DNA from: Gallaecimonas xiamenensis 3-C-1
Lineage (GTDB): Bacteria; Pseudomonadota; Gammaproteobacteria; Enterobacterales; Gallaecimonadaceae
Reading direction: 5' to 3'
Assembly (NCBI RefSeq): GCF_000299915.1
Contig: NZ_AMRI01000027.1
Span: 1-57,353 of the forward strand
Length of the DNA: 57,353 nt
Position numbers and translations under genes: made by a program. Below, piece by piece: positions 1 through 9,128 of the stretch; position 1 is the stretch's first letter; every line of letters begins with the position of its first letter. The notes beneath the pieces were generated by a model that was not told the DNA's origin, searched no databases, and saw nothing but the letters and a program-made list of their open reading frames with translations.

Positions 1-1
1 A

Positions 2-586
2 CATATCGAGAAGTTGCGGCAGCGGCTCTGTGACCTGTCCTGGTTTATGCGTTGCTTGAACGAGCATATTGCCCGTCGGGCCAATGAAGAAGACCACTGC
101 AAAGGCCGGTTTTGGGAGGCACGTTTTAGGTCCCAAGCCATTTTGGATGAAGCGGGGTTGCTGGCCTGCATGGCTTATGTCGACCTCAACCCCCTTCGCG
201 CCAAGATAGTGGATACCCCTGAAGCCTCAGCAGATGTGTCACTGTCAGCAAGGCTTAGTACTGAAGACGACACTAAGCCCGCGTTACTACCCTTTGTCAC
301 CCAGTTTAAAGACAGCCCCAAAGGCATCCCCTTTGCGCTGGCCGATTACCTGGCGTTGGTGGATTGGACGGGTCGGGCACAACGAGAAGACAAGCGCGGC
401 TTCATCACCACAGAAACCCCTGCCATTTTGGAACGCTTAGGTCTTGATGCCGACAGCTTCCTTATCGCCCTTGGCCAACACCAGCTTTCCCGTGGCTCTG
501 TGATTGGGCACAAGCAGGCTCAAAGTGCCTACGCCAAAGCTCATCATCGACGACACGTGGTCGGCCCACCGATAAAAGCCGCTTAA
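2..586 (+). mobile_element. Y1/HUH (IS200/IS605-like, RAYT-related) transposase, C-terminal fragment; 5' part lies outside the window
   Basis: Frame is open from position 2. Motif RFWEARFRSQAILDEAGLLACMAYVDLNPLRAKIV matches the GRFWq.RY.d..I.....l.....YI..NP..a.lV signature of IS200/RAYT Y1 transposases. No intact N-terminal HUH region is visible. Confidence 0.5.
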
Positions 587-772
587 CTCACCCTTCACCA
601 CCACGCTCATATACCCTCAGCACCCGCTGATAGTCTCGCTCGTCTCTAATTTGCATTTTTAACAGCAAAACACGGTATCAGAGCAAAGCAAACACCCTCA
701 AGGCTGATTAATACCGCACTGTCGATGCAATGCGAAAACTGAACTTTGGGATACTCAGAAGATGGATGTCCT

Positions 773-1135
773 TTATTTTTCGAGTGCATTGGCCATGCCC
801 AGTTTGTTTAGTATGTGGTAATAGCACTTTTTTATACGCGCATAATGCTCAGGTGAAAATTGCATAGTGGTAGATGGAAAATTCCGCGACTCTACATAAA
901 TTCGTTGACTTTCGTTCCATTCGCCGTGTATGTAGGCATTCCGGATGTACTTACATGCCAAATAATCTTCAAAACATTCCCTTTCAGGATTTAAACCTCT
1001 CAGCTCTATTGCTTTATAAAGTTCGTCAATTTTTTCTTCGTTCGGCCCCTTTTTGAGATAGTCGGCAATATCACTCATCATGCCTTCTGGCCTAGCCCAT
1101 TTCTTAATCATGGTTTCTATGCTGCCGACCATCAT
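773..1135 (-). CDS. hypothetical protein (120 aa) in AT-rich islet, possibly the C-terminal part of a split gene
   Basis: ORF sits in low-GC DNA. An upstream reading frame (..EEIFKLIDEFIDAYSDDQIYLEMIEKLVDDHPTESLVPDSIILHFVVFGS*) ends in TAATG overlapping this start codon. Confidence 0.35.
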   Translation of the reverse strand: MMVGSIETMIKKWARPEGMMSDIADYLKKGPNEEKIDELYKAIELRGLNPERECFEDYLACKYIRNAYIHGEWNESQRIYVESRNFPSTTMQFSPEHYARIKKCYYHILNKLGMANALEK

Positions 1136-1394
1136 TACGACCCAAAGACGACAAAATGAAGAATAATGCTATCCGGTACTAGGCTTTCTGTGGGATGGTC
1201 GTCCACCAGTTTTTCTATCATTTCAAGATAGATCTGGTCATCTGAATATGCATCTATAAATTCATCTATCAATTTGAAAATCTCTTCACACTAGACCGGC
1301 CACTAACGCCCCGCTAAACGGCGAGCGTTAGCGAGTCCGGTGGAGGCCACGTTTTTTTTGTGGCCGGAACGAATTTGAGCGGTTTGTTATACGC

Positions 1395-1577
1395 TTACTC
1401 ATCACCAGGTGGCGTTGGATTATTAGTAGGATTATCGCCACCACTAGTAGTTGGAATGTAACCCCCTTGAGGTTTTGGATCACCAGTGGGTTGTGGTGTT
1501 GGTTTGGCTGGTTGATACCCTTTTTCAATTTTTTGGGGGATATAGCCTTCATTGATTGGTTTTTTATCGTTAGACAT
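1395..1577 (-). CDS. small Pro/Gly-rich hypothetical protein (60 aa) with degenerate GYIP/GYQP repeats
   Basis: ORF lies 12 nt downstream of the 194-aa membrane protein gene on the same strand. It has repeated GYIPxK / GYQPAK / GGYIPT motifs and no signal peptide. Confidence 0.3.
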   Translation of the reverse strand: MSNDKKPINEGYIPQKIEKGYQPAKPTPQPTGDPKPQGGYIPTTSGGDNPTNNPTPPGDE

Positions 1578-1588
1578 AAAGCCTCCTT

Positions 1589-2173
1589 TTAGCTTCTAAG
1601 CTCGATATGGGATATTTCACTCGACAGAATTATTACCCCTGCCGTATTGTTTTTGGCCCGTTCAAAACCGCCTTTATCATTAAGCACCCACGTTTCTTCT
1701 AAGTAAATTTGCTCTGGTGCGGGAGCACTCGATGCAAAAGATTTATCAGCGTATCTACCGGCTATGATAGTGCCATCTTTCAGCGTAACTTTAACCCAGT
1801 AGGGTTTTCGCTGTGCAAATACATAATCCCACGGTTTTGCCGTTGGGTGCGGTGCGTTACGCTGAAAGAAATCACGTGTTCTGAGGTATTTCCAGATAAG
1901 AACCCAAATAATGGGGGCGATAAATAGAACAAAAATATAGAACAGATAGTATAGGAATCTACATGTTTCCTTGAGAGTTCCGGACTCAATAGAAATTATT
2001 GGGAAAATTAGCAATGCATAGTTAATAGAGCTGTAGGCTATGGCATCTACAAGCTGGTCAGAAGTTGCCCGCTCCGTTCCGGGGAAAGCAAGTTGATACG
2101 CTTTTATGCTAATGAAGCCGGGAATTACAAACGCAATAAACAATGCCAGCTTATCAATTTCCCATACGTCCAT
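1589..2173 (-). CDS. hypothetical integral membrane protein (3-4 N-terminal TM helices plus a soluble C-terminal domain)
   Basis: 194-aa ORF in an AT-rich region. The N-terminal half is hydrophobic (LALFIAFVIPGFISI..., YYLFYIFVLFIAPIIWVLIW). Confidence 0.5.
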   Translation of the reverse strand: MDVWEIDKLALFIAFVIPGFISIKAYQLAFPGTERATSDQLVDAIAYSSINYALLIFPIISIESGTLKETCRFLYYLFYIFVLFIAPIIWVLIWKYLRTRDFFQRNAPHPTAKPWDYVFAQRKPYWVKVTLKDGTIIAGRYADKSFASSAPAPEQIYLEETWVLNDKGGFERAKNNTAGVIILSSEISHIELRS

Positions 2174-2223
2174 TTAATACTCCATAGTTTGATTGCGTAT
2201 AACAATAGTTATGAAGCCGGCTC

Positions 2224-2990
2224 GCTTTCACTCATCAAACCACTGGAAAGAGTGATGTTAACCACCTGACTTCCTTGGTGATATCTGCGACCCCATCAAT
2301 CACCCTGCGTGAAAACGAGCCGGCTTCTTTTGCTGATCGGACCGGCTTCTTATCATGAAGTCGGACTACCTGAAAAATCAAAATTAATCAGTATCTTAGC
2401 TAGTAACTGCTGGAATAAGCGAGCCTGGCATCCGTAATAAAGGTGCCAAATATCCATAGTGCGCCTGGATATACTGTATGCCCATCCAAAAACCTGAACG
2501 GAGCAGCCGACCAATCAGTTGGCAGCCTGACCTGCTGGTACAAGGCTCTTCCGCCCCGTTAAGCGCAGCGCTGAGCCGTAGGGAGTGAAAGGCCAGCCGA
2601 GACAAGACGTCGAGGCAGGTGAGTACGTGCCGGGAGCGCGTACGAACCGGTGGCCTGAGAACGACCAGAGGCGAAGGAGAAGCGTAGCGTGGGGCAGGGT
2701 TTTGGGTACTTTTGCCCCCAAAAGTACCGCGCTGCGGGGCGCCCCCCGCCAACAAAAGCCAGTGCCCGCTGGGCACATTCGAGACACGCTACCGCCCGTG
2801 GGTTACAGCTCCCAAACCGCTGATAGCATCCTTGTCATCAACTAAACCGTCCATAGTCGCAGGTCTATTGAAAACCAATCTCGGCAGAGCTGCGACTGAA
2901 ACCTCAGACTAACCCACTGACACTATTCGGTAAATAACCCAATGCCGATAGACAAAGCAGCCCAGCGACAACCGCCACCGCGCCACCAAA
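2224..2990. other. ORF-free GC-rich segment dense in inverted repeats; unassigned structured non-coding region or relic
   Basis: Only overlapping low-complexity shadow ORFs on both strands. Perfect hairpin GGTACTTTTG-CCCCC-CAAAAGTACC (2705-2728). 12-bp IR GAAGCCGGCTCG/CGAGCCGGCTTC (2213-2224 and 2316-2327). Several further 6-8 bp stems. Confidence 0.3.
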
Positions 2991-3002
2991 GCAACACAAA
3001 AG

Positions 3003-4337
3003 CTAGGGTTTGCCAAAGCCTTCGTTGAGCACCCTGACCTCCCGCTGCGGGAAGGGGATTTCAAAGCCGTGCTCGTGCATGGCTTCGAGGATCATCAGCA
3101 GCAGATCCCCCCCTACCCTGTTCTTGCCGTCGTCTATGCCGTACATCCAGAACTCCACGAACATGTTGATGCCTGAATCGCCGAAGCTGTCGATTTCGCA
3201 GTCGGGCCTTTCTTCTATGGGCAGTTCCTCGCCGCTCAGCACCTTGGGATGGGAGGCCACCACCTCTTTTATGACTTCCACCAGCTTGCGCACGTCGGTG
3301 CGGTAGGCCACGGAAAAGTCCACCCGGTAGCGCTGCTTTTGGTTCTTGTGGGTCCAGTTGGTGAAGGTTTCGGTGACGAACTTTTCGTTGGGCACCATGA
3401 TGTCTTTGCCGTCGAAGGTTTCCAGGGTGGTGGAGCGCAGGCTCAGTTCCCGCACTATGCCGGTGCGCCCGTCCGCCAGTTCGATGTAGTCGTCCACCGA
3501 TACCGAGCGGTCCAGCAGGATGATGATGCCGGAGATAAAGTTGGAGGCGATGGCCTGCAGGCCAAAGCCCAGACCCACACCCAGGGCGCCGCCGAATACC
3601 GCCAGGGCGGTGAGGTTGATGCCCATCACCTGCAACAGCAGCAGGAAGATCACCAGGAAGATGGCCACTTCCAGCAGCTTGGCGGCCACTTCCTTGGTGC
3701 GAAAATCCAGTTTTTCCTGGCGGCGGATGATCTCCTGGCCGGTACTGTTGGACAGGCGCCCCAGCCAGAACAGCACCGACCCGAACAGCAGCACCCGCAC
3801 TATGCCGTAGGCGGACACCTGGATATTGCCGATGGTTACCGAGATGGCGTCGAGGATCTCGATAAGGGGGCCAAGGCCGTCCACCAGGTGCAAGAACAGC
3901 AGCGGCAGCCCCACCCAGCGAAACACGAAGGCGATAAAGTCGCTGCGCACGTGGTCACGGATGATGGCGTTGAACACCAGCAGCATGGCCACCAGCAGGG
4001 CGGTGCGCACCAGCCAGGACTGGCCCAGCAGCTGGGCGCTGATTTCCACAAAAACGCTGAGGGCCAGGATCGCCAGCAGGGGGAAGAACAGGTTGCCCAC
4101 CTTGCCGGTGAGGCGGCGCAGGGGGTTGGCCTTGGCCTCGGTGGGCAGTTCGGCAAAAAGGGGCAGATAGTGCCTCAGGCGCCGGGCCAGCAGAAAACTG
4201 ATGGCAAACACCACCAGCACCAGCGCCAACTGCGCATAGGTGCTTGGCATCATCAAGGCGTCGGCGGCGCTTTGGCCGGCATCGAGCATGGTGCTTTTAA
4301 AGGTAGAGAGGTCCATAACGGCGACTCCTGGTACCAA
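3003..4337 (-). CDS. mechanosensitive ion channel, MscS family (YbdG/MscM-like)
   Basis: Multi-TM N-terminus followed by a conserved MscS beta-domain region (..GIIILLDRSVSVDDYIELADGRTGIVRELSLRSTTLETFDGKDIMVPNEKF..). Exact start is uncertain. Confidence 0.85.
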   Translation of the reverse strand: MVPGVAVMDLSTFKSTMLDAGQSAADALMMPSTYAQLALVLVVFAISFLLARRLRHYLPLFAELPTEAKANPLRRLTGKVGNLFFPLLAILALSVFVEISAQLLGQSWLVRTALLVAMLLVFNAIIRDHVRSDFIAFVFRWVGLPLLFLHLVDGLGPLIEILDAISVTIGNIQVSAYGIVRVLLFGSVLFWLGRLSNSTGQEIIRRQEKLDFRTKEVAAKLLEVAIFLVIFLLLLQVMGINLTALAVFGGALGVGLGFGLQAIASNFISGIIILLDRSVSVDDYIELADGRTGIVRELSLRSTTLETFDGKDIMVPNEKFVTETFTNWTHKNQKQRYRVDFSVAYRTDVRKLVEVIKEVVASHPKVLSGEELPIEERPDCEIDSFGDSGINMFVEFWMYGIDDGKNRVGGDLLLMILEAMHEHGFEIPFPQREVRVLNEGFGKP

Positions 4338-4427
4338 AACGTAAGCCCGCCTGAACCAGCCGGGTTTTGCCTTGGTTTAGGTTTACGCCATGGCCTTTCT
4401 TTTGGCCAACCTGGCCCGGTTGGCAAC

Positions 4428-4453
4428 AAAAAAGCCCGGCATGGCCGGGCTTT
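4428..4453 (-). terminator. Rho-independent terminator after the DUF885 gene
   Basis: GCCCGGC-atg-GCCGGGC stem. Read on the minus strand it is followed by TTTTTTGTT. Confidence 0.55.
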
Positions 4454-4469
4454 GGGTCTTGGGGGCGCC

Positions 4470-6197
4470 TTAGCGGTATTTGGGCACGAAGTCGGCCATC
4501 ACCGCCTTTTCCAGCAGCTCTGGCGGCAGCAGGCCCTGGGCCAGGATAAAGTCGTGGAAGGCTTGCTGGTCAAACTTGTCCTTGAGCTTGAGTTCGACCT
4601 TGGTGCGCAGCTCCCGCAGGGCCATGTAGCCGTAGTAGTAGCTGGTGGCCTGGCCCGGGGCGCGGAAGGTGTAGCGGTCCACTTCCTGGGTGGCGAAAGG
4701 TTCGGACAGCACCACGTCGTCCATCAGCACTTTCTTGGCGTCGTCCGGGCTTATCATGCCCAGGTTCAGCATGGGGTCGAGGAAGGCGCGGGCCGCCCGT
4801 TGCAGGCGGGCCTGCAAGGAGAACAGCTGGCCGTCCAGGGGCAGGTACTGCTTCATGATGGCTTCGGAGTACAGGGCCCAGCCTTCGACGTTGGCGCTGT
4901 TGAAGGCGAAGATGGCCCTGGCCTGGGACACACCGCTTTCTACCATCTTGGAAAATTGCAGTTCGTGGCCGGGGCGGGCTTCGTGAATGGTCAGGGTCCA
5001 GGCGAAGGACTCGTTGGTAAAGTCGTCCTGCAGCTTGCCGCCGGCATTGGGGTTGTTAAGGGGCAGCACAAACTCGCCGTATTCCCCCTTGTTGCCAATC
5101 AGGCGCGGCGGGTTCATGTGGGGAGCCGGCTGGGCCGCCGACTCGGCCTCGGAGGCCAGGCGGATATTGGCTTCGCGGCTGGGCAGGGTGACGATGTTAT
5201 GGTCACGCACCATCTGTTCGATGCTGGCCAGGCGCTTCTCGTAGAAAGGCAGGATAGCGGGGCCGATGAGCTGGCGTTTTTTCAGCTCACGGATCACGTC
5301 CCGGTAGTCGCTGCTCTTAAAGCCTTGTTCCTTGGCGATACGGCCGGCCAGGGACTGCATCTCGTCACGGATCTCGGCATAGCCAAACAGCGCCCGCTCC
5401 ATCAGTTCCCTCGGCGCCATGTTCACCCCGTAGTTTTTCAGGGCGTTGGCGTAAAGGGCTTCTGGCAGCACGTGGCTGTCACGGGCGTGGGGTAGCAGGG
5501 TGGTTTTTACCCAGGCGTCGTAGTCGGTCAGTTCGCCGGACAGCTTGTCAAAGGCAGGCTGCCAACCTTCAAGCTTGTTGGCTTCAAAGAGCTGCTTGAT
5601 GCCTTGCAGGTAGCGCTGGGTGTTGGCCAGGCCCTGCTCCACTTCCCGCTGGTAGGGGCCGATAAGGCCTTTGACCTTGAGGCGCTCTTCGGTGCGGGCA
5701 CGGGCCTCTGCCACCAGGCTGGGCTTACCACTGAGGCCCGCGTAGCTTTTCAGGCGCTCAACGGCCTTGGCCTTGCGCGCATCGCTGTTGCGCTCGTCCA
5801 GCAGGCTTTGCAGGCCCTGGAACAGGGTTTCGCCGACATTGTAAAAGGGCAGCAGCTGGTCGTGTTCCAGCTTGGACGAGGCCAGGCCCCGGTCGACGGT
5901 AGCGATCATGATGCCAAGGTCCTGCTGAACCCTGGGGTCCTTTTCCTTGGCAAGCTCGGCCTTGAGCTTGGCCAAGATGGCGGCGCTGTCTTTCTGGGAG
6001 CGTTCATACACCCCTTTGGACAGATCCAGGGTCTTGCCGTCGTAGGCTTCCAGCCCCAGGTAGGAGCCCATCTCGGGGCTGTATTTAGCCATCTGTTCCA
6101 GCACCGGGGCGGCGTATTGGTTGGAGGTATCCACCCAGGCCGGTTCGGCAGCCAGGCCCAGGCTGGTCAGGCTGAGCAGCAGCAAGGACTTCTTCAT
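4470..6197 (-). CDS. DUF885-family lipoprotein / putative zinc peptidase
   Basis: Signal peptide MKKSLLLLSLTSLGLAA preceded by SD AAGGTGGA. HEARPGHELQ motif typical of DUF885. Confidence 0.8.
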   Translation of the reverse strand: MKKSLLLLSLTSLGLAAEPAWVDTSNQYAAPVLEQMAKYSPEMGSYLGLEAYDGKTLDLSKGVYERSQKDSAAILAKLKAELAKEKDPRVQQDLGIMIATVDRGLASSKLEHDQLLPFYNVGETLFQGLQSLLDERNSDARKAKAVERLKSYAGLSGKPSLVAEARARTEERLKVKGLIGPYQREVEQGLANTQRYLQGIKQLFEANKLEGWQPAFDKLSGELTDYDAWVKTTLLPHARDSHVLPEALYANALKNYGVNMAPRELMERALFGYAEIRDEMQSLAGRIAKEQGFKSSDYRDVIRELKKRQLIGPAILPFYEKRLASIEQMVRDHNIVTLPSREANIRLASEAESAAQPAPHMNPPRLIGNKGEYGEFVLPLNNPNAGGKLQDDFTNESFAWTLTIHEARPGHELQFSKMVESGVSQARAIFAFNSANVEGWALYSEAIMKQYLPLDGQLFSLQARLQRAARAFLDPMLNLGMISPDDAKKVLMDDVVLSEPFATQEVDRYTFRAPGQATSYYYGYMALRELRTKVELKLKDKFDQQAFHDFILAQGLLPPELLEKAVMADFVPKYR

Positions 6198-6362
6198 CTT
6201 CTTATCCACCTTTGTTAAAGACGTTGCAGGCGTTCGGCTCAAGGTAACAGCCGGATACTGCAAACAACATAGTTGTTTTCATTATGAAAAGTAACTAGAT
6301 ATGACAGGGTGTCGGCCGCCCTAGCAGGCCCGGCACCAGCCCCCAACAAGGAGTGTCCCGCC

Positions 6363-7358
6363 ATGGCCCTAAGGCTGATGACCCTGGTGGTAGCCCAGGA
6401 CAATAAGGACAAAGTGCAAGCCATTTTGGACGAGCGCAAGGTCAGGGATTGCTGGCAGGAACGGGAAGACGGCCTGCTGCTCACCAACCTGCTGCTAAAC
6501 GCCGAACAGGCCGAGCCGCTGATGGACGCCTTCAGCAGCGCCTTTGCCGACCAGGACAGCTTCAAAGTGATCCTGGTGCCGGTGGAAGCGGCCCTGCCCC
6601 ACCCCGAAGAAGAGGACCAGGCCCCCAAGGCCGAGCTGGAAGAAGAAAAGAAGGCCGCCAACCGGGTCAGCCGGGACGAACTCTACGAAGAGGCGTTAAG
6701 CGGCACCAAGCTGGGCCGCAATTACCTGCTGATGGTGCTGCTGTCGGCCCTGGTGGCGGCGGTGGGCCTGTTGCGGGACGACATCGCCATCATCATCGGC
6801 GCCATGGTGATAGCCCCGCTGCTGATGCCCAATATCGCCCTGAGCCTGGCCACCACCCTGGGGGATATCAAATTGGGTAAAAAAGCCCTGTGGTGCAATG
6901 CCGCCGGCCTTGGCCTGGGCTTTTTACTGGCCGGGGCCATCGGCTTTGCCATCAAGGTGGACCCGGCCATACCGGCCATTGCCGGGCGCACCCAGGTGGC
7001 CCTGTCGGACCTGGTGTTGGCCCTATGCGCCGGGGCCGCCGGCACCCTGGCCTTTACCGCCGGCCAGGCCGGCGCCGTTATCGGCGTTATGGTGGCGGTG
7101 GCGCTGATGCCGCCTTTGGTCACCGCCGGTTTGCTGCTGGGCAGCGGCGAGCTGGCCCTGGCGGCCAGGGCCGGGCTCTTGGTGTTTACCAACCTGGTGT
7201 GTATCAACCTGGCCGGGGTGGGCACCTTTTTATTGCAAGGCCTTGGCCCTCGCCACTGGTGGCAGGAAGAAAAGGTGCGCAAGGCCAGCCTGCGCGCCTT
7301 TGCCATCTGGGTGGCGCTGCTGCTGGCCCTGGCGGCGGTGATAGGTACCCTGCTTTAA
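6363..7358 (+). CDS. DUF389 / TIGR00341-family integral membrane protein
   Basis: Start MALRLMTLVV lies behind an AAGGAG SD. Soluble N-terminal domain, then 6+ TM segments with the Gly/Ala-rich composition typical of DUF389. Confidence 0.7.
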   Translation: MALRLMTLVVAQDNKDKVQAILDERKVRDCWQEREDGLLLTNLLLNAEQAEPLMDAFSSAFADQDSFKVILVPVEAALPHPEEEDQAPKAELEEEKKAANRVSRDELYEEALSGTKLGRNYLLMVLLSALVAAVGLLRDDIAIIIGAMVIAPLLMPNIALSLATTLGDIKLGKKALWCNAAGLGLGFLLAGAIGFAIKVDPAIPAIAGRTQVALSDLVLALCAGAAGTLAFTAGQAGAVIGVMVAVALMPPLVTAGLLLGSGELALAARAGLLVFTNLVCINLAGVGTFLLQGLGPRHWWQEEKVRKASLRAFAIWVALLLALAAVIGTLL

Positions 7359-7729
7359 AGCAGGTGGTTGGACAGGGTGCGGTACAGCTCCCTGACGTCA
7401 TTGCCCTTGCCCAGCTCGCGGCTGATGGGTTCGGGCTCCGAGCCCACCCACAGCTTGATTTCGGCGTCCAGGTCGAAGTGGCCGGCGGTTTCCAGGGCGT
7501 ATTTGGTGACCTTGTTGTAGGGCACCGACAGCACAAATTGCTTTTTGCCGGTCAGGCCCTGTTTGTCCACCAGGATGATGCGCTTGTTGGTGAACACGAA
7601 CAGGTCGCGGATCAGCTGGTAGGCCTTGTCTATCTGTTCGCCGTCGGCCAATAGCGGCCCCAGGGTGGCGTCCAGCTTCTCGCTGCTCACCTCTGAGCCC
7701 ATGCCCAGTAAACCGGAAAAGAGTCCCAT
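7355..7729 (-). CDS. bacterial PH-domain (bPH_2 / YdbS-like) protein
   Basis: 124 aa with motif FTNKRIILVDKQG and an AAGGAG SD. Confidence 0.55.
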   Translation of the reverse strand: MGLFSGLLGMGSEVSSEKLDATLGPLLADGEQIDKAYQLIRDLFVFTNKRIILVDKQGLTGKKQFVLSVPYNKVTKYALETAGHFDLDAEIKLWVGSEPEPISRELGKGNDVRELYRTLSNHLL

Positions 7730-7916
7730 CTTGTCATCTCCTTATCAAAAGCCGCCCCGACACTATCACAACCCCCTGTTTTTGGCAGCCAGGGGCCTGT
7801 TGTGGCGGGGCTGGTGCTTTGTTAAACTAGCGCGCCCCTTGCCGGACCCGGCAGGAGGATCGATCGGTTTCTTGGTCGCGGGAAGCCGATAACTTACTTA
7901 TTTTTGGAGTAATACC

Positions 7917-8522
7917 ATGTCTTATATTTTTGAAGCAGAACTCCGTACTGACCTGGGGAAAGGTGCGAGCCGCCGCCTGCGTCGTGAGGAAAAAGTACCT
8001 GCTATCGTTTACGGTGCTGACAAAGAGCCGGTCTCCATCGCCCTGGATCACAACAAAGTGATCGAAGCCCAGGCCGAAGAAGGTTTCTACACCCACATCC
8101 TGACCCTGAACATCGCCGGTGCCAAAACCGAAGTTCTGGTTAAGGACATGCAGCGCCACCCCTATAAGCCGAAAGTCACCCACATCGACTTCCTGCGCGT
8201 AGACGCTTCCCACAAAGTGGTCACCAAAGTGCCCCTGCACTTCGTTGGTGAAGAAGCTGCTACCAAGAAAGGCGGCGTAGTTGCCCGTCTGGCTTCCGAA
8301 GTGGAAATCACCTGTCTGCCCAAAGACCTGCCTGAGTTCATCGAAGTGAACGTAGCCGGTCTGGAAGTAGGCGCTACCCTGCACCTGACCGACCTGGCCG
8401 TACCTAAAGGTGTTGCCCTGGTTGAGCTGGCTAAAGGCGAAGACCACAACCAAGCCGTATTCTCCCTGAACGCTCCTAAAGGCGGCGTCAGCGAAGAAGC
8501 TGAAGGTGAAGCTGCTGAGTAA
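7917..8522 (+). CDS. rplY: 50S ribosomal protein L25 / general stress protein Ctc
   Basis: Full-length L25/Ctc with an acidic C-terminal tail. Conserved rplY-pth-ychF synteny. Confidence 0.9.
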   Translation: MSYIFEAELRTDLGKGASRRLRREEKVPAIVYGADKEPVSIALDHNKVIEAQAEEGFYTHILTLNIAGAKTEVLVKDMQRHPYKPKVTHIDFLRVDASHKVVTKVPLHFVGEEAATKKGGVVARLASEVEITCLPKDLPEFIEVNVAGLEVGATLHLTDLAVPKGVALVELAKGEDHNQAVFSLNAPKGGVSEEAEGEAAE

Positions 8523-8525
8523 AGC

Positions 8526-9110
8526 GTGAGCGATATTCAACTGCTTGTGGGCCTGGGTAATCCAGGCCCCGAATACGCCCAAACCCGCCATAATGCCGGC
8601 GCCTGGTATATCGAGGAGCTGGCCCGCCTTCACCGGCAATCCCTGACCCTGGAAAGCAAATTCTCCGCCTTCACTGCCCGCATTCAAATCAAGGGCAAGG
8701 ATGTGCGTTTGCTGGTCCCCACCACGTACATGAACCTCTCTGGCAAAGCCGTCGGCGCTTTGGCCAACTTTTACCGTATTCCGGTAGAGAGCATACTGGT
8801 GGCCCACGACGAGATGGACCTGCCTCCCGGGGTAGCCCGCTTCAAGCAAGGCGGAGGCCATGGCGGCCATAACGGCCTGAAAGACATCATGGCCAAGATG
8901 GGCAACAACCCGAATTTCCACCGGTTGCGTATCGGTATCGGCCACCCGGGAGACCGCAACAAGGTCACCGGTTATGTGCTGGGCAAGGCTCCGGCCGCCG
9001 AGCAAGAGCAGATCAACGCAGCCATAGACGAAGCCATCCGGGCCACCGACATTCTGTTCGACAGCGGTATTACCGCAGCCCAGAACCGGCTTCACGCCTT
9101 TAAGGCCTAA
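8526..9110 (+). CDS. pth: peptidyl-tRNA hydrolase
   Basis: GTG start. [21 protein letters not shown] motif of Pth. Confidence 0.9.
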   Translation: MSDIQLLVGLGNPGPEYAQTRHNAGAWYIEELARLHRQSLTLESKFSAFTARIQIKGKDVRLLVPTTYMNLSGKAVGALANFYRIPVESILVAHDEMDLPPGVARFKQGGGHGGHNGLKDIMAKMGNNPNFHRLRIGIGHPGDRNKVTGYVLGKAPAAEQEQINAAIDEAIRATDILFDSGITAAQNRLHAFKA

Positions 9111-9128
9111 ATTTTCGAGGAAGACTCC

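Noticed and set aside
2224-2990. tmRNA, RNase P RNA, 6S RNA, rRNA fragment or canonical group II intron
   Set aside because: None of the hallmark motifs are present: no tmRNA 3' GGTTCGA-type T-arm/CCA, no RNase P GGAAAGTCCGG/AGGGTGAAA blocks. The GTGCGCC and GAGCCGTA strings are too close together and the latter cannot form a domain V helix. There is no RT/IEP ORF nearby.
3249-5495. 748-aa plus-strand ORF, and many other 100-900 aa ORFs antisense to real genes (e.g. 5604-6218, 7827-10202, 10658-12469, 13064-13903, 17258-18175, 26003-27628, 51358-52932)
   Set aside because: These are Gly/Ala/Arg/His-rich low-complexity translations on the strand opposite well-supported genes. They are typical GC-driven shadow ORFs with no domain signatures.
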